From the sequence record SRR33789315_132: a stretch of 58,038 bases of DNA, one strand, 5' to 3'. The notes beneath the pieces are model-generated. The model had not been told where the DNA came from, ran no database searches, and saw only the letters and a list, made by a program, of their open reading frames with translations. Made by a program: the position numbers and the translations under genes. Shown here piece by piece: positions 39,862 to 53,700 of the stretch; positions within the stretch are counted from its first letter, which is position 1, and each line of letters begins with the position of its first letter.

Positions 39862-40989
39862 TTAAAGCCTTATGCCAAATTGCACACCTAAGTAACCATA
39901 AGGGTTGTCCGAAAAGGATCCGCTTAATGGATTATTGTAGTGTGGAATGATGCCTAGAAATTGGTTGCTATAGAGGTTACCCACTAGGCTTGCATGAATT
40001 CTGGGGGTTAACCAATAAGAGAGGCTGCCCCGAAGCATATGATTGTCCCCCGTTTTCGCGCCGGTCAGATTGCTGCCGCGCAAAAATGAAGGTAATAGGG
40101 AGTTGTTAGGATTGGTTATGGCGGTTAATTTGGAATCATTGATCCGCACGTACTCATAATCTAACTGCAGTGGCATACGGGGCGTAATCTGCCAGTTAAA
40201 GGCGGCCCCTAGAAGAAACTGCGTCTCTTCAGTGATAAACGATTGTTCGAAAGCGGGCCTCAGGAAGGACGAGGTAATGCTAGAGCCGGTGCCAGACATC
40301 GAGTCGTTCTGGGCATAGCCCGCCGAAAGTGTCGTGACGATGCTGTTGCCAAGGGGCATCGAATAAAGGAAACGTGCTTGCCAACCCTCATCTTCCATAT
40401 CTTGCAGACGGAAGGTTTCGGGGGAAGTGAAGTCGATCGTCAGGTTGCTACCCAGGGTGATCCTGTCGATTACCCCTTCGTAGTCGTCGGTCTTGTTGTT
40501 GGTCCGCGTGATCTCCAAACTGGCAGCGCGCCATGGTCGCGAGGCATCGGAATGTCCTGCTTCAAAGAATATCCATTTAAGACCATAGGCCGTTGATGTT
40601 GTGCTCAGGCCATCGTCAATGCTGAGAAGATTGACGGAGGAAACGGTGCCGAGCTCAATTTTTAGATCCTGTTCTTGGCGACGATAGAAGGCGCTTAAAT
40701 ACGAAGTAAGGCCAAATTGTAACTCGGCGCGTCGGCCCTTGAGGTCGCCGCTACTGCCGCCTAGTTGGCGTGTGCCTGCTAGAAGGTCTTTGCGAATATC
40801 GAGGAAGTCGATCGTGTCATTAACGGCAATCTTGCCAAGGGTCACTTCTAAATCGTGTTTATCAATCGTGTAGGCGCTAGGGTTGTCGCTATGAATCCAG
40901 CCAAGTGGACTATCCGCCAGCGCGGTATTGCCCTGCATTAGACTAAGAATAACTGTGCTTGCAAGGCTTGATAGGAGTTTCAACTTCAT
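39862..40989 (-). CDS. Putative outer-membrane beta-barrel protein, unknown family
   Basis: Signal peptide (ALA|DSP), many amphipathic strands (RAELQFGL, TAYGLKW, WQARFLYS, GAAFNWQI, LQLDYEY, GSLSYWL), C-terminal strand YLGVQFGIRL. Confidence 0.75.
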   Translation of the reverse strand: MKLKLLSSLASTVILSLMQGNTALADSPLGWIHSDNPSAYTIDKHDLEVTLGKIAVNDTIDFLDIRKDLLAGTRQLGGSSGDLKGRRAELQFGLTSYLSAFYRRQEQDLKIELGTVSSVNLLSIDDGLSTTSTAYGLKWIFFEAGHSDASRPWRAASLEITRTNNKTDDYEGVIDRITLGSNLTIDFTSPETFRLQDMEDEGWQARFLYSMPLGNSIVTTLSAGYAQNDSMSGTGSSITSSFLRPAFEQSFITEETQFLLGAAFNWQITPRMPLQLDYEYVRINDSKLTAITNPNNSLLPSFLRGSNLTGAKTGDNHMLRGSLSYWLTPRIHASLVGNLYSNQFLGIIPHYNNPLSGSFSDNPYGYLGVQFGIRL

Positions 40990-41391
40990 AAAAAGGCGTG
41001 GCTCGTCCGTTGAGTTTAAGAGTGCTTAAAATTCAAGGTGTTTTGGGGTGTGCGTTTGAGTGGCGTTAGCAATTGGCGTAGGTTAAGGGCTGGCGAGTAA
41101 GATGACAAGTTAATTGTAGTAATAACTTGTTAAATATTAGTGACATCGCATTCGCAATTCAGGTCAGCTCAACTAAATTCTCAAGCACTATCTTAGTGCA
41201 TGAATTAGGGCATGAATTTTTTGTGTCATTATTAGGCAGATCAGCTAAACTTATCGGCTATTTAGGGAACGGCTTTTTCAGGCTCAGTTTCCCGGTTGGG
41301 TTGCAAGCAAATTGGCAGCCATCAGCATTCATTAAAAGCCAGCGGATAGGCATTCTTTGCCAAAGCCGTGGCACGAACAACAGAGTCATCC

Positions 41392-44300
41392 ATGCGTTTG
41401 AAATGTATTAAATTGGCAGGTTTCAAGTCCTTCGTTGATCCCACCACCGTTAACTTCCCCAGTAATCTCTGCGCTGTCGTCGGCCCCAATGGCTGCGGCA
41501 AGTCTAATATTATCGATGCCGTGCGCTGGGTAATGGGCGAGAGCTCCGCGAAGAACCTGCGCGGCGAGAATATGACGGACGTGATCTTCAATGGCTCCGG
41601 CAACCGCAAGCCGGTGGGGCAGGCCAGTATCGAACTAATCTTCGATAACAGCGATAACCGCATCAAGGGCGAGTACGCCCAGTTCAACGAGATCTCCATT
41701 AAACGCAAGGTGTCCCGCGATGGCACCTCGGGCTATATGCTCAACGGCACCAAGTGCCGCCGCCGCGATATTACCGACATCTTCTTAGGCACTGGCCTTG
41801 GCGCACGCAGCTACTCGATTATCGAGCAGGGCATGGTGTCGCGCTTGATTGAGTCCAAGCCCGAAGAGTTGCGCATATTTATCGAGGAAGCCGCCGGCAT
41901 CTCCAAGTATAAGGAGCGTCGTCGCGATACCGAGAATCGCATCAAGCGCACGCGTGAGAACCTGGAGCGTTTGACGGATCTGCGCGAAGAGATGGGGCGC
42001 CAGTTGCAGCATCTACATCGCCAGGCCCAGGCCGCCGAAAAATATGGCGAGTTCAAGCAGCAGGAGCGCGAGCTTACGGCGCAGCATAATGCCCTGCGCT
42101 GGAAGGCTTTAAACGATGAGTTAGAGTCCAAGCAGGCTGTGATCAAAGACTTAGAAGTCAAGATCGAGGCGGCGGTGGCCGACCAACGTAGCGCCGATGC
42201 GCAGATCGAGCAGCATCTAGTCGATAACACCGAATTCAACGACCAGCTCAGCGAGATTCAGGGCCGCTACTATTCTCTCGGCAGCGATATTGCCCGCATC
42301 GAGCAATCTATCGAGCATCATATCGAGCGCACGGCTCAGCTTAAGCGCGACCTGATGGAAACCGAGGAAGGCTTCGGGTTGACTCAGGGTGAGTTAGCGT
42401 CGGACGTTGCCAAGCTGAAAACCTTGGAAGTGGAGGTCGAGCAGATCGAACCTAAACTGGAAGAGGCCCAAGCAGTCGAGGAGGAGTCCGCGTTCGCGCT
42501 GGAGGAATCCGAAGAGCGCATGCAGCAGTGGCAGCAGGAATGGGACGAGTTCAATCAGCGTGCCGAAGAGCCGCGCCAGATTGCCGAGGTCGAGCAGTCC
42601 CGCATTCAGCAATTAGAGAAGATAGTGGAGCGCGGCATCGATCGAAAGCAGCGCCTGATGGAAGAGAAAAAGTCACTGGGCGATAACCCAGAACAGGGCG
42701 TCATCGACAATTTATCCATTGAAGTCTCTAAGCTTGAGGAACAGTTGGAACAACACCAGAGCAGCAATGGTGAGCTGGCCGAGCAGATAGAGGAAGAGCG
42801 CACGCGAGCCCAGGGCTTGGCGAGTGATCTGGATAGAGCCCGCAGCGAACTGCAGAGCCTGAAAGGCCGCGCGTCCTCCCTCGATGCTTTGCAGAAAGCC
42901 GCACTAGGGCGCAATAACGAAGGCATGAACCGCTGGCTTCAGAGCAAGCAGTTGCACGAGAGCAAGCGCTTAGGCGAGAGCATTCGCGTGGCCAGTGGCT
43001 ACGAGGCCGCCGTCGAGGCTGTGCTGGGCGACTATCTGCAGAGCGTTTGTGTTGAGAATATCGATAACGTGGAGAGCCTGCTTTCGGAATTACCATCGGG
43101 TCTCCTATCGCTTGTGGAAACCGGCGTAGTCACAGACAAACCTACGATCTCGGCTGGCCGCGAGGCCTTGAGCAGCAAGATCGAGTCGAGCTGGGATAGC
43201 GCTGCGTTGCTCGCGGGCATCTACGTGGCGAACGATGTCAGCGCCGCATTAAGTTTGCGAGGCAGCTTGGCCGCCAACGAGTCGGTCGTGACGAAGCAGG
43301 GCGTGTGGCTTGGCAAGTCATGGATTCGCGTGCGCAAAGCAGCGGATGAGAAGGCGGGTCTTCTAGAGCGCAAGGGGGAGATCTCGAAGCTCGAAGAGCA
43401 TATCGCTATGCAGCAGTCCCGCGTGGAAGAATTGGTGGAAACACAAACAGCCGCGCGCACTACCTTGCGCGACTTAGAGAGCCAGCGTGAAGACGTGCAA
43501 AGACTGATTGCACAGACTGCGCGCCAGTACAGCGAACAAAAGTCGCAACTTGGCGCCAAGCTAATGAAGGTCGAACAGACCACGCTACGCCGCGAGCGTC
43601 TGCAGCACGAATTAGACGAGCTGCAGCGTCAGCTCAGTATAGAAGAAGAGAACACGGCATTGGCCCGCTCGAATTTGCAGGCTGCCCTGGACTCCATGGA
43701 GCAGGATACCGAGCGCAAAGAGCAATTACTGGCGCAGCGCGATGAGCGCCGTGAGGCCTTAGATCAGATTCGCCAGAAGGCGCGGCACGATAAGGACTTG
43801 TCCCATCAGCTAGCGCTGCAGCAGCAATCTCTGAATTCCCAGCTACGATCCGTACGTGACACGATGGACCGTATGGCCTCGCAGGTGCAGCGCGCCAAGG
43901 AACGTATCGAGTCCTTAACGCGACAACTGGCCGAGTCCGACGAGCCCATCGCGATGAAGCGGGCAGAGTTGGAGAATCAATTGCAGAAGCGCCTCGAGGT
44001 TGAGGAGCAGCTCAATGCAGCCAAGGCGAAAGCCGACAGCAACGAGCATACCCTGCGCAACTTAGAGCAGCAGCGTTCGCATTTCGAGCGCACTTCCGCT
44101 GCACTGCGTGAGCAGATGATGGAACACCGCCTGCGCAATGAAGGCGATATGGTGAAACGCGAGGCGCTGCAAGAGGCCCTGCGGGATGCTAAGTATGACC
44201 TGCAAACGGTATTGGCGAATATTCCTGAAGAGTTAGATCAAACCGCTTGCGAGCGCGAGTTGGAAGCCGTAGGTAATCGCATTCAGCGCCTTGGCGCCAT

Positions 44301-44904
44301 CAACCTCGCGGCGATCGACGAATACAAGCAGCAGTCCGAGCGCAAGGTCTACCTAGATTCTCAGAACGATGATCTCGAGCGCGCCTTGGTGACTTTGGAG
44401 AATGCCATCCGCAAGATCGACAAGGAAACCCGTACGCGCTTCAAGGAGACCTTCGACAAGATCAACGCGGGCCTTCAGGACTTGTTCCCGAAAGTGTTTG
44501 GTGGCGGACATGCGTATTTGGATATGACAGGCGAGGACTTGCTGGATACCGGCGTGGCGATCATGGCGCGTCCCCCTGGCAAGCGTAATAGCACTATCCA
44601 TCTGCTATCCGGTGGTGAGAAGGCGATGACGGCCATCGCGCTCGTGTTTTCGATCTTCCAATTGAACCCCTCGCCGTTCTGTATGTTGGACGAGGTGGAC
44701 GCGCCATTGGACGATGCGAACGTAGGTCGCTATGCGAACTTGGTGAAAGAGATGTCCAGTGCCGTGCAGTTCGTGTTTATCACGCACAATAAGCTCACCA
44801 TGGAAATGGCAAATCAGCTTTTGGGTGTTACCATGCACGAACCCGGTGTATCACGCATTGTGGCGGTGGACATTGCCGAGGCGGCGGAGCTGGCGGCGAT
44901 GTAA
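41392..44904 (+). CDS. smc: Chromosome segregation protein SMC
   Basis: GFKSF, GPNGCGKSN Walker A, long coiled coils with hinge, LSGGEK, LDEVDAPLD. Confidence 0.98.
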   Translation: MRLKCIKLAGFKSFVDPTTVNFPSNLCAVVGPNGCGKSNIIDAVRWVMGESSAKNLRGENMTDVIFNGSGNRKPVGQASIELIFDNSDNRIKGEYAQFNEISIKRKVSRDGTSGYMLNGTKCRRRDITDIFLGTGLGARSYSIIEQGMVSRLIESKPEELRIFIEEAAGISKYKERRRDTENRIKRTRENLERLTDLREEMGRQLQHLHRQAQAAEKYGEFKQQERELTAQHNALRWKALNDELESKQAVIKDLEVKIEAAVADQRSADAQIEQHLVDNTEFNDQLSEIQGRYYSLGSDIARIEQSIEHHIERTAQLKRDLMETEEGFGLTQGELASDVAKLKTLEVEVEQIEPKLEEAQAVEEESAFALEESEERMQQWQQEWDEFNQRAEEPRQIAEVEQSRIQQLEKIVERGIDRKQRLMEEKKSLGDNPEQGVIDNLSIEVSKLEEQLEQHQSSNGELAEQIEEERTRAQGLASDLDRARSELQSLKGRASSLDALQKAALGRNNEGMNRWLQSKQLHESKRLGESIRVASGYEAAVEAVLGDYLQSVCVENIDNVESLLSELPSGLLSLVETGVVTDKPTISAGREALSSKIESSWDSAALLAGIYVANDVSAALSLRGSLAANESVVTKQGVWLGKSWIRVRKAADEKAGLLERKGEISKLEEHIAMQQSRVEELVETQTAARTTLRDLESQREDVQRLIAQTARQYSEQKSQLGAKLMKVEQTTLRRERLQHELDELQRQLSIEEENTALARSNLQAALDSMEQDTERKEQLLAQRDERREALDQIRQKARHDKDLSHQLALQQQSLNSQLRSVRDTMDRMASQVQRAKERIESLTRQLAESDEPIAMKRAELENQLQKRLEVEEQLNAAKAKADSNEHTLRNLEQQRSHFERTSAALREQMMEHRLRNEGDMVKREALQEALRDAKYDLQTVLANIPEELDQTACERELEAVGNRIQRLGAINLAAIDEYKQQSERKVYLDSQNDDLERALVTLENAIRKIDKETRTRFKETFDKINAGLQDLFPKVFGGGHAYLDMTGEDLLDTGVAIMARPPGKRNSTIHLLSGGEKAMTAIALVFSIFQLNPSPFCMLDEVDAPLDDANVGRYANLVKEMSSAVQFVFITHNKLTMEMANQLLGVTMHEPGVSRIVAVDIAEAAELAAM

Positions 44905-44909
44905 TTGGT

Positions 44910-44932
44910 GTAGCAGCGGGCTTGCCCGCGAA
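44910..44932 (+). repeat. GTAG-family REP palindrome
   Basis: GTAGCAGCGGGCTTGCCCGCGAA immediately after the smc stop. Confidence 0.75.
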
Positions 44933-44987
44933 TGGCTTACAGACAACCCGAAACAAGAACAACATTCATTGAGACAGAGCTGTAAAT

Positions 44988-48937
<3,950 letters not shown>

Positions 48938-48971
48938 CTCTGCAGGCATTATGAAACCATTGCCTTTGGGG

Positions 48972-48992
48972 GTGGGCAAGCCCGCTCCCACA
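48972..48992 (-). repeat. GTGG-type REP palindrome
   Basis: Reverse complement is TGTGGGAGCGGGCTTGCCCAC, downstream of ligA. Confidence 0.7.
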
Positions 48993-49044
48993 ATCAGAGA
49001 TTTATTCTAGACCGGATTAATATCCACCGATAAAGGAGGGCACG

Positions 49045-49653
49045 ATGCAGAAAATCTCGTTGATCATGCTAGCGCTCCTGAGCATTACCGGTTGCATGAA
49101 TGGCCAACCCAATAACGTGAGTAATGCCTGTTCGATATTCGAAGAGAACCGTTCATGGTTCAAGGAGGCGGCTGCGTCGGAGAAGCGCTGGGGCGTGCCA
49201 ATCTCTGTGTCTATGGCGTTTATCTACCAAGAGTCCGCGTTCCGTTCGCGTGCGAAACCTGCGCGTTCTCGTATTCTCTGGGTCATTCCGGGGCCGCGGC
49301 CGTCCAACGCCTATGGCTATGCGCAAGCGCTCGATAGCACTTGGGCGGAATACCAGAGTGTAACGGGTAACTCCCGTGCCAAACGCTCCAATTTTGGCGA
49401 CGCAGTGGACTTCATCGGCTGGTATAACGCGAATAGCTATCGGCGCAATAATATTCCTTTGCATGATGCGCGTGATCTCTACCTGGCTTATCACGAGGGT
49501 AATACGGGCTTTGCGCGTCGTACCTACGCCGATAAACAATGGCTGATCGACACGGCAAATCGTGTGCAAGGCAATGCGGATCGCTATCAGGCGCAGATTG
49601 ATCTCTGCGCGGAGGAGCTGGGCAAGAACTGGTGGCAACGCCTATTTTCTTAA
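49045..49653 (+). CDS. Lipoprotein with transglycosylase SLT-like domain
   Basis: Lipobox ITGC, IYQESAF catalytic Glu, AYGYAQALD.TW, LYLAYHEG. Confidence 0.85.
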   Translation: MQKISLIMLALLSITGCMNGQPNNVSNACSIFEENRSWFKEAAASEKRWGVPISVSMAFIYQESAFRSRAKPARSRILWVIPGPRPSNAYGYAQALDSTWAEYQSVTGNSRAKRSNFGDAVDFIGWYNANSYRRNNIPLHDARDLYLAYHEGNTGFARRTYADKQWLIDTANRVQGNADRYQAQIDLCAEELGKNWWQRLFS

Positions 49654-49692
49654 GTTTGCCTCTACATTGAGGCGTAAAGGGCAGGATGCAGT

Positions 49693-50478
49693 ATGAGTTG
49701 GTGGGGCAAGGTTATTGGTGGCACCTTCGGGTTCGTAATGGGTGGACCAATAGGCGCGGTGTTAGGCGCCGCGCTGGGTAACTATTTCGATGCGGGTCTC
49801 GACGGGGTGACGGTCGACCGAATAGGCGGGCCACAGACCAACGAGCGAGTGCAGACGGCGTTCTTCACCGCCGTATTCTCCTTGATGGGCTATATCGCGA
49901 AGGCCGATGGCCGCGTTAGCCAAGACGAGATATCCCTAGCTCAGCAAGTGATGGGGCAGATGCAACTGCAGCCGGAGCAGCGTAAGCTTGCGATCAAGCT
50001 CTTCGAGCAAGGCAAGCAGGACGATTTTCCCTATCAAGAAGTCTTGGCGCAGTTCAAGCAGGAGTGTCAGCGCCGGCGCAACCTGATGCAGATGTTCTTG
50101 GAGATCCTTATCGCCACTGCGTTAGCAGACGGGAAGATGGAGCCAAGCGAGCGGCGTGTGCTCGAATCCATAGCGGCCAGCCTTGGTTACCCTAAGATTA
50201 TCTTCGATCAATTGGTGCAACGCTTAAGCGCGCAGTTTCGCTTTCAAGCTGATGCGGCGCCGGCGGATCGACTGCCCGATGCCTATAAGGTATTGGGGCT
50301 AGAGAGCAGTGCAAGCACGCAGGAGGTGAAGCGTGCCTATCGCAAGCTGATGAGTCAGCACCATCCCGATAAACTCGTCTCCAAAGGCTTGCCGGAAGAG
50401 ATGATGAAGATCGCGAAGAAGAAGACGCAAGAAATCAAAATGGCCTACGACACCATCATGGAGCAGCGTGGGGACTAA
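49693..50478 (+). CDS. djlA: Co-chaperone DjlA
   Basis: MSWWGKVIGG TM anchor, TerB-like KADGRVS, C-terminal J domain with HPD. Confidence 0.96.
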   Translation: MSWWGKVIGGTFGFVMGGPIGAVLGAALGNYFDAGLDGVTVDRIGGPQTNERVQTAFFTAVFSLMGYIAKADGRVSQDEISLAQQVMGQMQLQPEQRKLAIKLFEQGKQDDFPYQEVLAQFKQECQRRRNLMQMFLEILIATALADGKMEPSERRVLESIAASLGYPKIIFDQLVQRLSAQFRFQADAAPADRLPDAYKVLGLESSASTQEVKRAYRKLMSQHHPDKLVSKGLPEEMMKIAKKKTQEIKMAYDTIMEQRGD

Positions 50479-50500
50479 GGAAAATCTAAACTTAAACCCA

Positions 50501-50520
50501 TAGGCAAGCCTAGTCCCACG
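50501..50520 (-). repeat. GTGG-type REP variant
   Basis: Reverse complement CGTGGGACTAGGCTTGCCTA; partial inverted partner CGTGGGGACTAAGG at 50467-50480 overlaps the djlA stop. Confidence 0.5.
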
Positions 50521-50533
50521 CTATTTCACAGGC

Positions 50534-50562
50534 AAAAAAAACCCGACCAAGAGGTCGGGTTT
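50534..50562 (-). terminator. Rho-independent terminator
   Basis: CCCGACC-4 nt-GGTCGGG stem with 8 U on the minus strand (A-run 50534-50541). Confidence 0.88.
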
Positions 50563-50629
50563 AAATTACTACTATCAAGGGAGAGATAAAATGAAACAAA
50601 ACCCACAATTTTGTCTGCAAATCACCTAC
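50534..50629 (-). ncRNA. Candidate sigma-E-dependent small regulatory RNA (~96 nt)
   Basis: Bounded by an RpoE-like promoter and an intrinsic terminator; contains UUUCAUUUUAUCUCUCCCUU, complementary to SD plus AUGAAA. Confidence 0.65.
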
Positions 50630-50635
50630 ACCTAT

Positions 50636-50663
50636 TAAGACTGTGTCATTCCCGCTTAGTTCC
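50636..50663 (-). promoter_or_regulatory. Sigma-E (RpoE/AlgU)-type promoter
   Basis: Minus strand GGAACT-N16-GTCTTA, with an AT-rich tract upstream. Confidence 0.68.
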
Positions 50664-50765
50664 GAAAAGGTTTAAATATTTTCAAAATATTTTCTGCCTC
50701 TCTTCTCTACACGATTCTCAGCTTTAAATAACACGCCTATCTATATGATATTAAACAAGTCTTTA

Positions 50766-53700
50766 TCAAACGCTATGAAGCTCTAATTGCAGGTCTTTCA
50801 CTTGTTCAATCTTGCTGCTATTGCTGATCAAACCAATACTCGCTTTTTCGGGAAGTAGGTAGCGACTCGCGACGCGTTGCAAATCGGCGAGCTGAGTCTC
50901 TAGTACTTGCTTGCGATAATGCAGACGGTGCTCACGAGTGCGCCCGAAAAGCTCGTTGTAGAACGCCTGTTTCGCCTCGCCCGCTGGCGAAGTCGATTTG
51001 TCCATGCTGCTGATCACGCCAAGAATCGCTTCCTCAACTAAACGCTCATCGTGTTGGCCACTTAGCAGCCACTCTATGGCGCGATCGTAGTCATTGAGAG
51101 TCTCTACTAATCTTGGATCGCGATAAGAGTAGAAGCGGAACGAGGCTGAGTTGCCGTCTTGATCCGCACCACCGCCGTAGGCTCCGCCCTGTTCGCGAAT
51201 TGTGCGGTGCAGGAAGCCGTTACGCAGGAAACCACCGAGTACGGACAAAGCGGCATGATCAGGGTGTGAGGACGGCACTGTAGGATAGGCCTTAGCGCAA
51301 AAATTCACTTGCGTATTCGTCGTCCAAATCTGTCGCACCTGTTCGCGACGCTCCGGCAGCAACAAGTCCTGAAACTCCGCGCTGCTCGCGGTGGCGGCAC
51401 TCCAACGCTGCGCTAGAGTGTCCGTGATTGTTTGCTGGGCGGCTTCTTCGGCCACTAGCAAGACTCGTTTCGGCGCTAATTTAACCAGCTCGTGGATCGC
51501 CTGGAACTTCGCGAGAAGCGCCTTGGCGTCCTCGTCATGCTTGATCGCCTTGCTCAGGCTGCGCAGGGAGTTGATGCCGGCAAGCCCAGTGAAGCGATGA
51601 CTCAGCTGTGCCGTTGGGCTCATGCCACTGCTAGCTAATGCCATCGCTAAGACATGACCTTGCCCCGTGATGTTGCTCTCGCGGCGTGCGCTGATCTGGT
51701 CCATGATCTCGCGCAGGCGCTGGACTTCGTCGAAACGCACGTCGTTAAAGGTCTCGTAGAGTAGATCGGTAAGCGCGGCCTGGTTCCCCACGAGCGCCTT
51801 GCTGGATAAGACGATGATGGCCTTGCTCTGCTGTTCGCTATCTACCGTGCTGCGGATGTTGGCATAGTAGCTTACCCCACCCGAGACACTCGATTGCCAG
51901 GTCTGCACTTCGCCATAGCTGCGCTTACCGACGCCGAACTCTGAAAGGCAAGTCGTGTAATAAGGCAGCACGGCGAGTAGCTCGTCATCCAACTGTGGCA
52001 GTTCGATGACGAGTTGCTGATAACAGATTCCATTGGTGCCCTGTGGGTAAAAACTCACTGGCATCTTCGTGCCGGATACATCGATAGTGCTGCTGACGGA
52101 CTGAGGCATTGGCAAGTCCGCAGGTACATCTTCTAGACCCACCTTCGGCAGGATCGAGGAATCGTCTTGCGCCTCTTGCCTGTCGCTCAATTGCTTGCTG
52201 CGCTCGATAATCTTCTGCGCCTCGCCATCTTGCAGATTGTCCTTGATGGCCTTGAGTCGTTGTACCTCTGCCGCGACTTGGCGCGAAGACAGGTGAGGAT
52301 CTGGTTGCAACGTCAGAACCAAGTTATGGGGGTTATCTAACAGTAGTTTCTGAATCAGATGGCCGATGAAATTAGGCTGTGCAATCTGCTCACGCAGGCG
52401 CGCCAAAGCAGGGTCGATATCCAATAGATTGATCGGGTCGCCGCCATGAATGGCACTGGAGAGACTCGCGATGATTAGCTGAAGTCCATAGGGATGGCTG
52501 TCACCAGTTATCTCGCGCTGATGTAATTCCAGTTGATGCAGTGCTGCTTGAACTTGTTCCTCCGGAACACCGTCGCGGGCCAGAGTCTCGAGTGTGCTGC
52601 GGATAAGCGCTTCGACCTCGGCGGTCGCGTCTTTGGCGCAGCCTTCAAGACCACACATAAAACTCATCTCGCGGTTGCCGTCTTCCAATCCACACATAGG
52701 GGAGGGCGAGGAGCCGAGCCCGCAGGTTTCTAAGACATTCATAAGAGGACTGGCGCTATTGTCCAACAACACGCTGGACAGTAGTTGCGCCTGGAACATC
52801 TCGTCGAGATCGATGCTCTTACCCAATAGCCATGCCATCACGATATGAGTCTTGTTCTGGCCTTCGCCGTCCTCGCTCTCCTCGGCACTGAGAGGATAGC
52901 TTTCCTCGACTCTTACAGGCGCGAAGTAGCGTTTCTCATCGGGCACATGAATATTGATATCCAGTTTCTCAAAACGCGCCAATGCCAAATCATGAAAACG
53001 CGCTTGGTGTTCGAATGCAGGAATATCGCCGTAGGTCATGAACACCGCATTGCTGGGGTGATAATGAGACGCGTAGAAAGACTTTAACTCCGCGTAGCTT
53101 AGGTCTGGAATATGCTCTGGTTCGCCGCCGCTATTATAGTGATAGGTAGTGGTAGGGTAGAGATACTTGCTGAGCGTCTGCCAGAGAATAGAGTTCGTGG
53201 AACTCATGGCGCCTTTCATCTCATTGAAGACTACGCCTTTGTATTCGAGCGGGCTGTCTGGATTGTTCGGCTCGCTAAACTCTAAGCGGTGGCCTTCCTG
53301 TGCGAAATCCAACTCGTGTAGGCGCGAAAAGAATACAGCGTCTAGGTATACCTCGAGTAGATTGTTGAAGTCTTTGCGGTTCTTGCTCGCGAAGGGGTAG
53401 GCGGTCCAGTCGCTGCTCGTAAAGGCGTTCATGAAGGTGTTGAGGGAGCGACGAATCATCATGAAGAAGGGGTCGCGCACCGGGTAGCGTTCGCTGCCGC
53501 ATAGGACGGTGTGTTCGAGAATATGCGCCACACCTTTGGAGTCCATCGGGACTGTGCGCAGGGCCACTAGAAACACGTTCTCGACATCGTCGCTGGCGAG
53601 ATGGAAGTACTGCGCACCGGTGACCTTGTGGCGATACTCTTCCATGACGACGTTGAGGGTTGGAATGCGCTGACTGCGCAGCCATTCGAAGCCAGAATGC

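Noticed and set aside
50591-50638. Plus-strand mini-ORF MKQNPQFCLQITYTY with a strong RBS
   Set aside because: Better explained as the complement of the sRNA seed, since promoter and terminator both point to the minus strand; not fully excluded.
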